From: a virus
Taxonomy: Duplodnaviria > Caudoviricetes
Direction: 5' to 3' (one strand)
Length of the DNA: 33,189 nt
Virus record (IMG/VR): IMGVR_UViG_3300017784_007580
Coordinates: 1-33,189 of that record
Shown in pieces: positions 7,716 through 18,807 of the stretch. Each line of letters begins with the position of its first letter. Positions within the stretch are counted from its first letter, which is position 1. The position numbers and the translations under genes were made by a program. The notes beneath the pieces were generated by a model. That model was not told the DNA's origin, ran no database searches, and was given only the letters and a program-made list of their open reading frames with translations.

Positions 7716-10700
7716 TATGCTAATGCAATTGCTCTTAATTCTTTTATAATTGGAAAAACTGCTTGGTTTGTACCATTTGCAACAATTTTAATTGCAAATC
7801 CAGTGAATGTTGGGAGATCCTCAATTGTAAATGTATACTCCCTAAATTCACCAACTAATCCAAATTCACCCTCAAGACTACTAGGAACATTTAAGTCAGA
7901 TCTACCATCATTAAGATCCCCATCAATAATTTGACCATTAACATTTAAATTTAAATATCCTGGAAATAGGTCCCAATTTTGATCTTCATCTGGAACATCA
8001 TTTCTAAAAATTTTATATAACATTCTAATATCAGATTCTGCATTTCTGTTAACAGAAATAAATCCCTTGATTGAAGTTGCACTTTGTTGCAAATCTATTC
8101 TTTTGCTAGTGTACACATATGAATGTGGATCATCTATACTTGAATTTACTCTAGGATCGGTTGAATATGAACTTAGTCCAACTGGTTGATTCAATCTATA
8201 ATTTGTAACATCAAGATAAATTTGCTCAATATCAATTATGGGAGAAACTTTAGTATCTAGTGTGCTCATAGATATTTCAAGAGTTAGTGATTTATTTCCT
8301 ATAAATTCAGTAGAGTTTAAGTATTCTACTTCATTAACTTTAGATGCAACTGTTCTTAATGTATTAAAAGTATTTTCATTAAATAAGTCTATTGTTTGGT
8401 AACCTTGATCTGTAAGTCTAGATTCTAATCCATCTACACTTCTTTCTGAAATTGTTCTAATTGAACCTGAAGCTAAAGTTTTATTTGGAACTAAAATGAA
8501 ATTTTCATTTAAACTTAACTTACTAAAATTCTTGTTCCTTCCTGCGTAGATATTAGTTCCACCACCAAGTTTATCTGAACTAAAAGTGCTTCCAGAACCA
8601 ACTTGAATATAATAAGAATCTAATGTTGGTTTAGGTGAAGTTAAAATCGTATGTGTGGTATTAATTTTATCTAATGGAACATTGTTAAATTCATATTTGT
8701 ATGCTAAAGAATTTAATTCATGTGGAAGTGATACTGTCCCATATTGAGATCTAGTAATATCTCCAAGTTGACCACTCAATACACTACCATACCTAATAAT
8801 TTCATTTTCCAATTTTATATATCCAACATTTGTTGGACCAATATTAGATCCATTATATGTTGCAAATGTAGATGTAGTTGCAACACTAATTGGTCCAGTT
8901 TCAGTAGCTCCATATGATACTGTCAGTTTAACTGGAAGAGTATCTGGAGAAACTCCTAAAATTTCTACTTTTTCACTAGGAGAATGCATACCATGATTTG
9001 GTTGAAATACTAAGATATGTCTCCCACTATTTTGGGAAGATGCTGTTGTTGATATTGAATAAATTGGATTTTCAGTAAGTAAATTATTTGGATTAGTAAC
9101 AACATCTCTAGAATTAAAGAATCTTACTGTTCCACCTGAAGTGCTGAAATCTGCTCTTTTAATTGTAAATTTAATATCATCCTCTGGACTTGGAATCCAA
9201 GTACTTCCATTTTGGGCTTTAAACATAACTCCCATGGATGGTTGCTTATTGATAATAACTTTTCCAATTTCTTTATTATTTGCAGATGCAATCTCAACTT
9301 CACCAATTCTTGAGTGCCACACATTATAATTATTTGAATCAGACACAATTACTAATGCATACTCTCTACCTCCCTCCAATCTTACCAAATTATTAAATGT
9401 AAAAGTAGTTGCAACACTAGCATTTGAGCTTATATTAACTTCTTCTGGAAATAATACTTTCACTAATCCTGGAACAATTTTATCTGGAGTTCCAGGATAT
9501 CCATTTACAACCTCTCTAATTTGTACTTCAACTGGAATTGATAAATCTTTAGTTGCAAAAAATAAATCAATTGATGTTGGAACAATTCCAGTTTCCTCAT
9601 TTACTATAAATGTTTGTGCTAATGGATCATACCAAATGACATATGTTGGTTGAACTATAGTACCTTTGGATGTAAATATAGTTTCTGCAGCACTAATCTG
9701 CTCTCCAGGAACTCCTAGTGGAGGCTCTGTGGTATTTAATTTTACTGTAGCTGTCCCAATATTAAATGTATCATTTTCAATAAATATACTTCCACTAACT
9801 GTCCCATTTTCATCAGTAATAAGTCTATTATTTACAACAGTTGCTGTTGCTTTACTATCAATACCATATAGCCTATATGAAGTGCTTATATTACCCCAAA
9901 AATTACTAATATTTGCAACACTTAAACTTTCTACATCTATGTTTAATAGAGTAGATTGTGGTCCATATAAAGATGAAATTCCCACATTAGGTTGATATGG
10001 ATTTATATTATAAATTTTTGTTGGGGAATTAAATGGACCATCTTTATGATTTGGTGTACAAATTCTAAATTTGCATGTAGTATTTCCTTGAGAATCTAAT
10101 GCTATAATTGATTCTCCAACTTTAAATGTACCAACAACATTAGTAACTTCCAATAGCTTAGGAAAAGCGTATTGATAATTATCACCATTAGTAAGATTTT
10201 TAGAATCAAATACTAAACTAAATCTAGTATTTGGCTTTAATCTAGTTCCAATGAATTGAATATTTCTAGATCTAATGTATGGCGCATTATTAAATGATTC
10301 ATAATATTCAGTTCTATTTCCTTGACCAATTATGTATGTAAAAGTTGGCGGATTGTAAATAGTCCAAGTATCAATTTTTGGAGTCAATTCTAAATTACCA
10401 ACCCAAGTTACAATATCAAATGGATTTACATTAACTATTCTACTAGCAAATGGTTGTTTAAAATATTCTACTTGAGTATAATTTAAAGTTAATGAATTTC
10501 CTGTTAATTTAATATTTGTTGAACTAGTATCTGCAATATTAATTTGAGATTTTGATACTTCTACATCACTATTATATAATGATAAATCAACTCTATTATT
10601 AAGTGATATTGGTTCCAATTGATTATCTTTAATTACAGCACCAAATATTGGATTTTCTGCATCGGCAATTGAATAATCATTGAAATTATCTACAAAAAAT

Positions 10701-13700
10701 CCAGATTTAAATCTATTCAAACCATTAGCATCTTCAATTAAAAGACTTTGTGTTGATGATTCTAACAGTGAAAGACTAGTGTAATATTCTAAGAAGTCAA
10801 CTCTATTTTCAATGTCTCTCAAATCAGACATAGTAAATCTTCTATTATCTGTTAATATAATTTTTACACTGTTATTATTTTTAATATCATATACATATGG
10901 GGTTGCAATAATTGTAGCAATATCAAGAACTTCTTTGGATGATGCTGGAACTATTGGAACTTCACTTGGTTCACCAAAAATTATTTCAAATTCACCATCT
11001 CTATTAAGAGTTAACTTATCACTTCTACCAAGATAGAACTTATAATCAAATACAATATTTTCATCTGATGCTAAAATTTGAGTTGCATTTCCTCCAGAGT
11101 TTGTAAAAATTCTTGAATTAAATTCAAATGGACTAATATCTGTTGAAGTTACATATGTTCCAACTCTTGGTCTTAAATCTATGGTATCAGTATTTCTAAT
11201 TCCAGAAAAAGTTGGAATTTTAGATCCATAGAGATTCTCAAGATAACTATTTACAGTAATAACATCTCCAGAATCTTGATTATCAAATTCAAAAACGTCA
11301 AAAATAATTTTTAATCTTCCTGTTGGTTCTTTAGATGTTGCTTTTCTAATTAATCTTCCGTAATCATAAAAATGCTTTCTTTGTCCATTGTCTAGTGTAA
11401 ATTCATTAAGAATATTTTTATCTCCAATCTCTACAGTACCAACAGTTGCAATATATCCAGTTTCTTTAAATTTAATTTGTTCAGATACTTGAAATGGTTT
11501 TGCCGTTTTATATACCAAATATATTTGAGTTGAATTTTTTAATTTTGCAACTATAGCAACTGCTCCAGTTTCACTTCCTATAACCAGTTCTCCTATAATT
11601 AAATCTGAAGTGTTGCTGTTAGGACTATTAAAATCAGTAATAGCAATCCATGGTAATTCTGGACTTGATGTTGTTGATGATTCAAATACAGCATGAACTT
11701 CTACAATATCTGGAAAATTTAAACTAATTTGATTATCTTCAACTCTTGTTCCATATGTAGCAGAGTAAGTTAATCCTGCATTGTATGGAACAAAATACTT
11801 AGTTTTATTTAATGACGTTGAATTGCATCTAGAATATCTTTTTTGTTTTGCACTTACATTAGATTTTATTTGAGTTGTAATTACAACACAAGGACCAGAA
11901 GCTGCACTTAAATTAGTAAATGTTGCTAATTTTCCTCCAGCTGAAATTGTAAAAATTGCATTAGTTAAATTTTCAATACTACCATTGGCATTTACAACTA
12001 TATACCTTTCTTCATCAAATGCAGAATATACATAATCTGTTCCTGAAAGATTTGGTAAAGTTAAAGTAGTTGATGATTTTGTTACACCAACATACTGTAC
12101 TTTTACAAAAATGTTAGAATTTAATAGGCTTACATTAGATATATTACTATGATTCAATTTTCCATACAATGCTGAATCATCTGACTGTGCAATTTGGGGC
12201 TTAAGTATTGATATATTTTGTAACGAGTATGTTCCAATTCCAACATCCCCAGTACAAATTTTATTAACAGTAGAAACTCCAACTATTGTGATATTTGTTT
12301 TTGTATTGTTAATATTAGAAACTCTAGCAAATACTGAAGATGTAAATCCAATAGGTTGATAACTTATAATATCACTAAGTTTTATATTTGATGCAAATGA
12401 AGAACCATTTACTTTTGTTATAGTAGCAATTCCTGTAGGAGAATATACAATTACATTAAATGGACCTAAAACATTAGTTGAATTTGAAAGTAATGTATCA
12501 CATGAAAATCCATTAGTTCCTGATATTGATTTTATATCATCAATTGAATAATCAGTTACTGTACCAATACTAGAGCTTGTACTAGAAATTCCATTAAATA
12601 TTAAAGATTCATTTCTAATAAATTTACCAGAAACTTGATATATTGAAAAATTAGTATTTCCATTTGTAATTGATCTAGCATATCCAGCTGCTCCACTATT
12701 TGCTCCTTGAATATAAGATCCAAGTGCAATTCCACTAATTGGTGTTGTTGTTATAATATTTGTATATGTTTGTATGTCAAATAACCTTAAATTAAATTGA
12801 CTTGCTGGATTTTCATAAGAAGTGTTGTGATGTTCAAAATCATATACTCTAGCAAATCCAATAGTTGTGCCAGTTGCAACTTGATTTACTAATCTATCAG
12901 AATGTAATGTTACTGAAACATTAGTACTAAGTCCAATTTTAGCAATGTTCTGTACATTGTTAACTCTAATTAAATTTCCAGCATAAAATGTAGATGAAGA
13001 AGATTTTATTTCTTTATCTGTTCTTGGTTTTGGATAATCTACAACTCTTTCTGAGGTAGCAACTTCATACCCTTTGATATATGATTTTCCTGGAGATATT
13101 TTAATTAAACCTAAATCTTCTGATGGAGAACTTCCATCAGTTGTTTTTTGATTTTCTAAATAAATTCCTTGATTACTAATACCATCATTTAATGATTCTA
13201 CTGCATTTACATTATATTGTAATAATGAATAATTTCCAGACTCATCAAAAGTTCTTCTAGCTAAAATCTCAGTGATGAATGATCCTGCAGTATCTTGTTT
13301 AATTTTTCTAATTATGCCATTTTCAATTCTGAATAATTCAATAAAACTATCATCATTTAAATCATCTAATAATTTTTTACTTAAAGTTAGTTTAATTGTA
13401 AATCTATCTGCTCCAGGAGCAGCAAAGTTTGAAAATCCTTGAGCATTATCGTTTAAAGAATCGTCATCATTAGCATCAATAATTTCTTCTGAAATTGCTA
13501 GTCCAACTCTATATGATGGAGTGTTATTATATTGATCTAATAGTATTTCTTGCGAAAACACATCTACGAAATATCCTCTAACAAAATATACACCATCTTC
13601 AATTCTAGCAGCAGATCCAATTGATAGTGGATTTTTTCCTACAATATCAGATACTATTAATATAGATTCTCCAGAAAAAATAAATCCAGATCCTAAGGGT

Positions 13701-14164
13701 AAATCAAAATCTGCTGTTAATTCTTCTCCAGGCTCAAATACTTCAGTAACAAAATCTGAAGCAGATGAAAGATATTTTACATATATTGTAGTGACTTCTT
13801 TTTCTGAATCTGATTTTTTTAAAATATTGATTAATTTTGCTGTTACTCCACTATTAACTCCAGTTAAAGTTTTTCCAACTAATTGTTCAAAATATTCTTC
13901 TACATTTATGCCTTTAAATACAGTGTCTATTTCAACTGCATTATATACTCCAATATAAGCACAATTTCCTGGAATAACTACTCCACCACCATTAAAAAAC
14001 TTACTTCCAAATTTTTCAATTTGATTTTGTAAAATTGATTGTAATGTACTTAGTTCTCTAGTTTGTACTGTTACACCTGGTTTGAATAAAACTTTATAAA
14101 AGTTTTTCCCTGAGTTGAAATCATCATAATATGGACTTCTATTTAAATTAGTACTTTGGGGCAT
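7715..14164 (-). CDS. Large virion structural protein, VrlC-like / DUF4815-type
   Basis: NLNRSPYYDDF...KVLFKPG...QTRELSTLQSILQNQI, APGADRF, LARRTFDESGNY, RFKSGFFVDNF and DPLAQTF motifs. Confidence 0.85.
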   Translation of the reverse strand: MPQSTNLNRSPYYDDFNSGKNFYKVLFKPGVTVQTRELSTLQSILQNQIEKFGSKFFNGGGVVIPGNCAYIGVYNAVEIDTVFKGINVEEYFEQLVGKTLTGVNSGVTAKLINILKKSDSEKEVTTIYVKYLSSASDFVTEVFEPGEELTADFDLPLGSGFIFSGESILIVSDIVGKNPLSIGSAARIEDGVYFVRGYFVDVFSQEILLDQYNNTPSYRVGLAISEEIIDANDDDSLNDNAQGFSNFAAPGADRFTIKLTLSKKLLDDLNDDSFIELFRIENGIIRKIKQDTAGSFITEILARRTFDESGNYSLLQYNVNAVESLNDGISNQGIYLENQKTTDGSSPSEDLGLIKISPGKSYIKGYEVATSERVVDYPKPRTDKEIKSSSSTFYAGNLIRVNNVQNIAKIGLSTNVSVTLHSDRLVNQVATGTTIGFARVYDFEHHNTSYENPASQFNLRLFDIQTYTNIITTTPISGIALGSYIQGANSGAAGYARSITNGNTNFSIYQVSGKFIRNESLIFNGISSTSSSIGTVTDYSIDDIKSISGTNGFSCDTLLSNSTNVLGPFNVIVYSPTGIATITKVNGSSFASNIKLSDIISYQPIGFTSSVFARVSNINNTKTNITIVGVSTVNKICTGDVGIGTYSLQNISILKPQIAQSDDSALYGKLNHSNISNVSLLNSNIFVKVQYVGVTKSSTTLTLPNLSGTDYVYSAFDEERYIVVNANGSIENLTNAIFTISAGGKLATFTNLSAASGPCVVITTQIKSNVSAKQKRYSRCNSTSLNKTKYFVPYNAGLTYSATYGTRVEDNQISLNFPDIVEVHAVFESSTTSSPELPWIAITDFNSPNSNTSDLIIGELVIGSETGAVAIVAKLKNSTQIYLVYKTAKPFQVSEQIKFKETGYIATVGTVEIGDKNILNEFTLDNGQRKHFYDYGRLIRKATSKEPTGRLKIIFDVFEFDNQDSGDVITVNSYLENLYGSKIPTFSGIRNTDTIDLRPRVGTYVTSTDISPFEFNSRIFTNSGGNATQILASDENIVFDYKFYLGRSDKLTLNRDGEFEIIFGEPSEVPIVPASSKEVLDIATIIATPYVYDIKNNNSVKIILTDNRRFTMSDLRDIENRVDFLEYYTSLSLLESSTQSLLIEDANGLNRFKSGFFVDNFNDYSIADAENPIFGAVIKDNQLEPISLNNRVDLSLYNSDVEVSKSQINIADTSSTNIKLTGNSLTLNYTQVEYFKQPFASRIVNVNPFDIVTWVGNLELTPKIDTWTIYNPPTFTYIIGQGNRTEYYESFNNAPYIRSRNIQFIGTRLKPNTRFSLVFDSKNLTNGDNYQYAFPKLLEVTNVVGTFKVGESIIALDSQGNTTCKFRICTPNHKDGPFNSPTKIYNINPYQPNVGISSLYGPQSTLLNIDVESLSVANISNFWGNISTSYRLYGIDSKATATVVNNRLITDENGTVSGSIFIENDTFNIGTATVKLNTTEPPLGVPGEQISAAETIFTSKGTIVQPTYVIWYDPLAQTFIVNEETGIVPTSIDLFFATKDLSIPVEVQIREVVNGYPGTPDKIVPGLVKVLFPEEVNISSNASVATTFTFNNLVRLEGGREYALVIVSDSNNYNVWHSRIGEVEIASANNKEIGKVIINKQPSMGVMFKAQNGSTWIPSPEDDIKFTIKRADFSTSGGTVRFFNSRDVVTNPNNLLTENPIYSISTTASSQNSGRHILVFQPNHGMHSPSEKVEILGVSPDTLPVKLTVSYGATETGPISVATTSTFATYNGSNIGPTNVGYIKLENEIIRYGSVLSGQLGDITRSQYGTVSLPHELNSLAYKYEFNNVPLDKINTTHTILTSPKPTLDSYYIQVGSGSTFSSDKLGGGTNIYAGRNKNFSKLSLNENFILVPNKTLASGSIRTISERSVDGLESRLTDQGYQTIDLFNENTFNTLRTVASKVNEVEYLNSTEFIGNKSLTLEISMSTLDTKVSPIIDIEQIYLDVTNYRLNQPVGLSSYSTDPRVNSSIDDPHSYVYTSKRIDLQQSATSIKGFISVNRNAESDIRMLYKIFRNDVPDEDQNWDLFPGYLNLNVNGQIIDGDLNDGRSDLNVPSSLEGEFGLVGEFREYTFTIEDLPTFTGFAIKIVANGTNQAVFPIIKELRAIALA

Positions 14165-14168
14165 GTTC

Positions 14169-15710
14169 TTAGAATTCTAAAATAATTTTGATATCTTCCC
14201 TTTGTTGTGATGATCTGGTTACAGATGCTCTGTTATCTACGTAGATAATTTCACCACTCTTTATATTTATGTCAGGACTAGAAAGTCCTGCATTAAACTC
14301 TTGTCCAAGATAATAATTTGCAGCACCAACTACAATAGAACTTCCAATGAAAGTAGTATCAATTGGATATGAATTTATACCAATTGTAATATTTGCTCCA
14401 TTATTAAATTCACTTTGATTATATGTAGTTGCAGATTGAATACCACTTACACTATCTGCATAATTATAATCAATAGTAATAACATTACCAACTGCATAAG
14501 TGTCGACATAATTATCTCTAGATTGAGTATATCTAAGAACCTGAGTTGTATTATCAAAACTTACTAGATTTCCAATTCCATCAGATGAAGTTTGAGTCAT
14601 TTTAGAGTCTAATGTTTCATTAATAGTATTAGTATCCATTCTTGCAGCATAAACTCCAGAACCACTGCTTTGAGTAAAATTTGCATTACTTTGGAATGCT
14701 TTTATATCTTTGATGATCCCAATTCTTGAAAATTGATTTCCAACTATAAAATCTGGATTTGTTGAATCATTTTCAATTCTACTATAAACTAATGCTCTTG
14801 TTGCACCCAATTCATTATAGATATTTTTACCATGACCTCCTGTTGGTGGAATAATAACATTAAAGATTGCTTTTTCTCCAGATAATGTAGGCAATATTGA
14901 GTCAAGATCTAATGTAGCATAAGTATATCCAACCCCACCTGAAGTTACTTCAATTGAAGTTGGTTTTGATTCCTCATCAAAAGTGATACTGGCTTCTCCC
15001 CCAGAACCATCTCCTTTAATTGGAACTCCACCTAAAGTTCCAAAATAATTATATTGTGCTTGTTTTTCTATTAAAATTGTTTCAATTTTACCATCAACTG
15101 AATTATTTCTTATTCTTGATATTTCAGCATCACTAGTAGTTGTCCAGTTGTTTGGAACTGTAATGTAATCAGTAGAATCAAATTTTAATACATCAGCAGG
15201 ACTTATAGTATACAAATACTTCCAGACATATCCATCACTTTCTTTTCTTGGAGAAACATCAGTATGTAATGGTTGTTGTGTTGATACTACTCCTTTATTT
15301 TGATTTGGTGGGGCAGATCCATTATTTAAACAAATATAAACTCTATAATCTTGATTTAATATGTAATATACTGAATCATAAAGTCTTGTTGCTGATGCAA
15401 TGGGAGATAAATTATAAACACTATAATCATGTCTATACATATCATATTTTTTTCCAGTTATCCAAGAATTATTTGAAATCACTCTAATTACATCTGATGA
15501 TGTAATTTTTTTAATTCCTAAAATAGTATCTCTATAAGAATTTAAATATAACTCGCTATCAATTGGATCTGGTTGAATATTATCCCAATTAGTATCAAAA
15601 TATGCTGCATTAGGGAGTCCTAAGAAGATATAATATCCACCTAAAGAAATTTTTTCTATAAAATTGTCACAATTCAATAATCTAAATTTATCAGTTACTA
15701 TTGCTGGCAT
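14169..15710 (-). CDS. gp8: Baseplate wedge subunit
   Basis: YDMYRHDY, YRVYICLNNG, DGYVWKYLYTI, SGEIIYVDNR...QREDIKIILEF. Confidence 0.92.
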   Translation of the reverse strand: MPAIVTDKFRLLNCDNFIEKISLGGYYIFLGLPNAAYFDTNWDNIQPDPIDSELYLNSYRDTILGIKKITSSDVIRVISNNSWITGKKYDMYRHDYSVYNLSPIASATRLYDSVYYILNQDYRVYICLNNGSAPPNQNKGVVSTQQPLHTDVSPRKESDGYVWKYLYTISPADVLKFDSTDYITVPNNWTTTSDAEISRIRNNSVDGKIETILIEKQAQYNYFGTLGGVPIKGDGSGGEASITFDEESKPTSIEVTSGGVGYTYATLDLDSILPTLSGEKAIFNVIIPPTGGHGKNIYNELGATRALVYSRIENDSTNPDFIVGNQFSRIGIIKDIKAFQSNANFTQSSGSGVYAARMDTNTINETLDSKMTQTSSDGIGNLVSFDNTTQVLRYTQSRDNYVDTYAVGNVITIDYNYADSVSGIQSATTYNQSEFNNGANITIGINSYPIDTTFIGSSIVVGAANYYLGQEFNAGLSSPDINIKSGEIIYVDNRASVTRSSQQREDIKIILEF

Positions 15711-15729
15711 TTTATCTTATTCTTTATGT

Positions 15730-15737
15730 TATTTATT
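15730..15737 (-). promoter_or_regulatory. Late promoter for gp8
   Basis: AATAAATA overlapping the stop of the upstream ORF, about 20 nt from the gp8 ATG. Confidence 0.65.
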
Positions 15738-18700
15738 CATTTATTCTATAAAAACGTATTGGGATAGTATTAATTCCTACTGGTGAACTTGAATGTGAAG
15801 TCGCTCCAAGGTATGTAGTAGTAATTCCTGGAGATCCTATATCTATAACACTAGATCCAATTGATACTAAAGTTACTCCAATAGCAATGTAAGAACCCTC
15901 TACATAATCTCCAATCTGAATTAATGTTCCAATTCCTGCATTAGTATTAATTCCAATTATACTAGTATTCAGTCCTGAAAAAGTACCATTAGCAGTAACT
16001 GCATATCCAATTATATTAACTCCAGAATATATTGGTTTGGAAATTTGAAATATACTATTAATTCCAGCTGATAGTTCAAATCTAGATTTGCTCACATACT
16101 TTCCACCAATAATTAAATCTGCTTTTTGTGGTGTCCAAGAAATAGATCTTTTTTGTGATGAGTTTTCAGATAATCCAACATTAGAATAAATTTCAGTTCT
16201 AAGTGTATCTGAACTCATAATTCTTTTAACTGTTCTAGAAATTTGAGGTATTGGAGGAGCTTCAAAAAAATCTCTTTGTATTAACAATTTATCTCCTTCC
16301 TTAACATCCACTTGAGACTGAAATTCTTCAGTATCAGACTCAAATCCCTCATAAAAGTAAATTTTCACGCTACTACCCAAAGATGGGGGTTCTGATAATT
16401 CTAATGTAGATCCACCTAAAAATTGATAAGACACATTTGGTATTTGTAAAATATCATTAACAAATACTAATAGATTATATGAAATATCAATTTCCCCCCC
16501 AGGATCAGATTCTAAACTAGTTCTTTGGGATATTCCATTTTTTGTTTCTGTAAGTGTGAAAATTCGTCTCCTTCCATTTACTTTATTAGTTAAATCATCT
16601 AATTTGTTAAGTTTTCCAATATTCCATGCAGAAAATTCATCTTTAGCAACTTCCTCTACTGATATTTTTAATTTATCATCTAAAATTTGAGATAAGTTGC
16701 CCAAAGTTCCTGTGGGTGTTAATATTTCACCAACTTTATAATTATATCCATTATTTGTAAATCTTAAGTTTTTAATTGTTCCACTATCTTCAACTTCAAA
16801 TGAAATTGATGCCCCTATACCTGAAGTACTTCCAGATAATGGAACATCAGAATATGCAATAGGAGCATCAAATTTAGTTATATAATAATATTCATACTTA
16901 GTAACTGAAACTCCAGAAGTATGTAATGCACCAATAGTATTAAATCTTCCTCGTGTGGTTCCTGTAAGAGTACTAGTACCAACTCCAATTCCAGTATATC
17001 CTAAAATTTCATTTTCAATTTTTACAAATCCTGGATTATTTGTTGTAACTATATTTCCTCTATAAAATTCAAATTGTGAAGTTTGTCCAACTCCTATTGG
17101 AGTTCCATTTGGATCTAGTTCATTTATAGTTGATGTTAATTGTGCTGAAGTTCCATTATATGAATAATTATAACCTCCTGTAATAATTCCAACTCCAGTA
17201 ATTATCCCTACATTATTTGGATAAGCTATTCCATAAGCATTAGATCCAGGAAGATCCCCATCATCAATATAAACATAATATGTTGTAATTCCAGTTCTAT
17301 ATCCAGATCCAGGGTTACCCACATAGATATCTGATATAGTTCCAGCAGAAGAAACTATGGCATACCCAGTGGCAGGTGTGAGTGGGGTATAGTTCAATCC
17401 ACTAGTTATCCCATATCCAACTATTATTCCACCTCTTGGCAGATCTTTTATATTAACATCATAAGTTTTAGAATCAAAATATCCTTTAAAATCAATATAA
17501 GTTTCTCCTGTACTTCCAATTCCAACTTGCCTAAATTCAAAAGCTTCATCAAATGATGGATATTGAAATACATTATTAATTAAAACAATTCCATTATCAG
17601 AACTGATTCCAACAGTACTTACTCCAGAAATTGTTAATTCAAAGGAACTACCAATTCCACTAAATTGTTCTGATACATCATCAAAAACATTATTCCCATC
17701 ATAATTTGATCTTAGAAATACTCTTCCTTGAAAAGTACTAGTTTCATTTGGTAATACTAAAAATAATTGAAAAGGTGCTACTGCAAATTCATTCCCACTA
17801 TTATTTGAAAAATTAATAAAAACTCCATTAAATGCATCAATAAGAGTTGTAGCAAATCTAAATGTACTATTTGAGGTTTTTATCAAATAATACGCACTCC
17901 CATTTTTCAATTCTATTGGTGGGTTTTCTGAATAAAATGCTGTTTGTGATCCACTAATAATATTTGCTTCATTTCCAGTAAAATATGAAAAGCTATTATC
18001 AACAAAATCAATATCAGTAATAGGTATGACTAAATTTATTTTTTTTCCTTCAAGTGGAGAATCTGCAAAATAAATGATATCATTTACTATATTGTAATTT
18101 CCAGATAAAACCTGAGCTGCAGTTTGTGTAATTATTCCGGTAAAAGTTTTTTGTGGTGTTCCTAAAATAGCAGCTCCTCTAGATATAGATACATTTTTTG
18201 TACTGTAGTTAATAGCAGCTATTTTAACTATTTCATCATTTACTCTCAAAAAAGTTCCAAGTTTAATATTTTCTAATTTATCTAATGTAAATGAAGTATT
18301 ATTAAAAGTCACAATACCAACAGTTGATGCAACTGATATTGGTGCTTGTATGATATTATCAATACCAATTAAACATTTTGAATTTTGTTTTTCTGCTAAT
18401 AAACTGTGTATTGACCCAATTCCAAGAGCTGTTATATTTACATAATCTCCAGATTTTGCTAAAGATGATGCTAACGAAACTCTTATATTATCATTATCTA
18501 AAATTATAGGAAATACTATACTTGGTAAATATGGTAAAACTCCAATGTTTCCAGAACTTAAAGTACTTATTCCAATTGAAGTTCCAGATCCAGCACTATA
18601 AATTAATTTTTCTCCAGTTTTAAAAAAATGATCTTTAATAGTTATTTTATCTGAAGTTATACCTACTATATTTGGATTAGATGCATCGAATGTTTTGTAG

Positions 18701-18789
18701 AAAATTGGTTCGCCAGAATGTCTAAGTGGAAAAGAAGTCCTTCCATAGATTAATGGGGTATAAATTGCACCAATATCGTTTACAGGCAT
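15733..18789 (-). CDS. Baseplate-associated structural protein, resembling the C-terminal part of cyanophage gp7
   Basis: HFFKTGEKLIYS, IDNIIQAP, INNVFQYP, LLVFVNDILQIP...FYEG and GxGY repeats; lies between gp7 and gp8. Confidence 0.75.
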   Translation of the reverse strand: MPVNDIGAIYTPLIYGRTSFPLRHSGEPIFYKTFDASNPNIVGITSDKITIKDHFFKTGEKLIYSAGSGTSIGISTLSSGNIGVLPYLPSIVFPIILDNDNIRVSLASSLAKSGDYVNITALGIGSIHSLLAEKQNSKCLIGIDNIIQAPISVASTVGIVTFNNTSFTLDKLENIKLGTFLRVNDEIVKIAAINYSTKNVSISRGAAILGTPQKTFTGIITQTAAQVLSGNYNIVNDIIYFADSPLEGKKINLVIPITDIDFVDNSFSYFTGNEANIISGSQTAFYSENPPIELKNGSAYYLIKTSNSTFRFATTLIDAFNGVFINFSNNSGNEFAVAPFQLFLVLPNETSTFQGRVFLRSNYDGNNVFDDVSEQFSGIGSSFELTISGVSTVGISSDNGIVLINNVFQYPSFDEAFEFRQVGIGSTGETYIDFKGYFDSKTYDVNIKDLPRGGIIVGYGITSGLNYTPLTPATGYAIVSSAGTISDIYVGNPGSGYRTGITTYYVYIDDGDLPGSNAYGIAYPNNVGIITGVGIITGGYNYSYNGTSAQLTSTINELDPNGTPIGVGQTSQFEFYRGNIVTTNNPGFVKIENEILGYTGIGVGTSTLTGTTRGRFNTIGALHTSGVSVTKYEYYYITKFDAPIAYSDVPLSGSTSGIGASISFEVEDSGTIKNLRFTNNGYNYKVGEILTPTGTLGNLSQILDDKLKISVEEVAKDEFSAWNIGKLNKLDDLTNKVNGRRRIFTLTETKNGISQRTSLESDPGGEIDISYNLLVFVNDILQIPNVSYQFLGGSTLELSEPPSLGSSVKIYFYEGFESDTEEFQSQVDVKEGDKLLIQRDFFEAPPIPQISRTVKRIMSSDTLRTEIYSNVGLSENSSQKRSISWTPQKADLIIGGKYVSKSRFELSAGINSIFQISKPIYSGVNIIGYAVTANGTFSGLNTSIIGINTNAGIGTLIQIGDYVEGSYIAIGVTLVSIGSSVIDIGSPGITTTYLGATSHSSSPVGINTIPIRFYRINE

Positions 18790-18799
18790 TTTTTTATAA

Positions 18800-18807
18800 T
18801 ATTTATT
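18800..18807 (-). promoter_or_regulatory. Possible late promoter between the two gp7-like ORFs
   Basis: AATAAATA in the 16-nt gap; very short leader. Confidence 0.5.

Noticed and set aside
3046-9348. Nested minus-strand ORFs 3046-3303 and 9124-9348
   Set aside because: Alternative frames inside long genes, with low-complexity products and no start signals
7283-14168. Absence of recognisable gp9-gp12 and wac between gp8 and gp13
   Set aside because: Usual for T4-like cyanophages, so not notable
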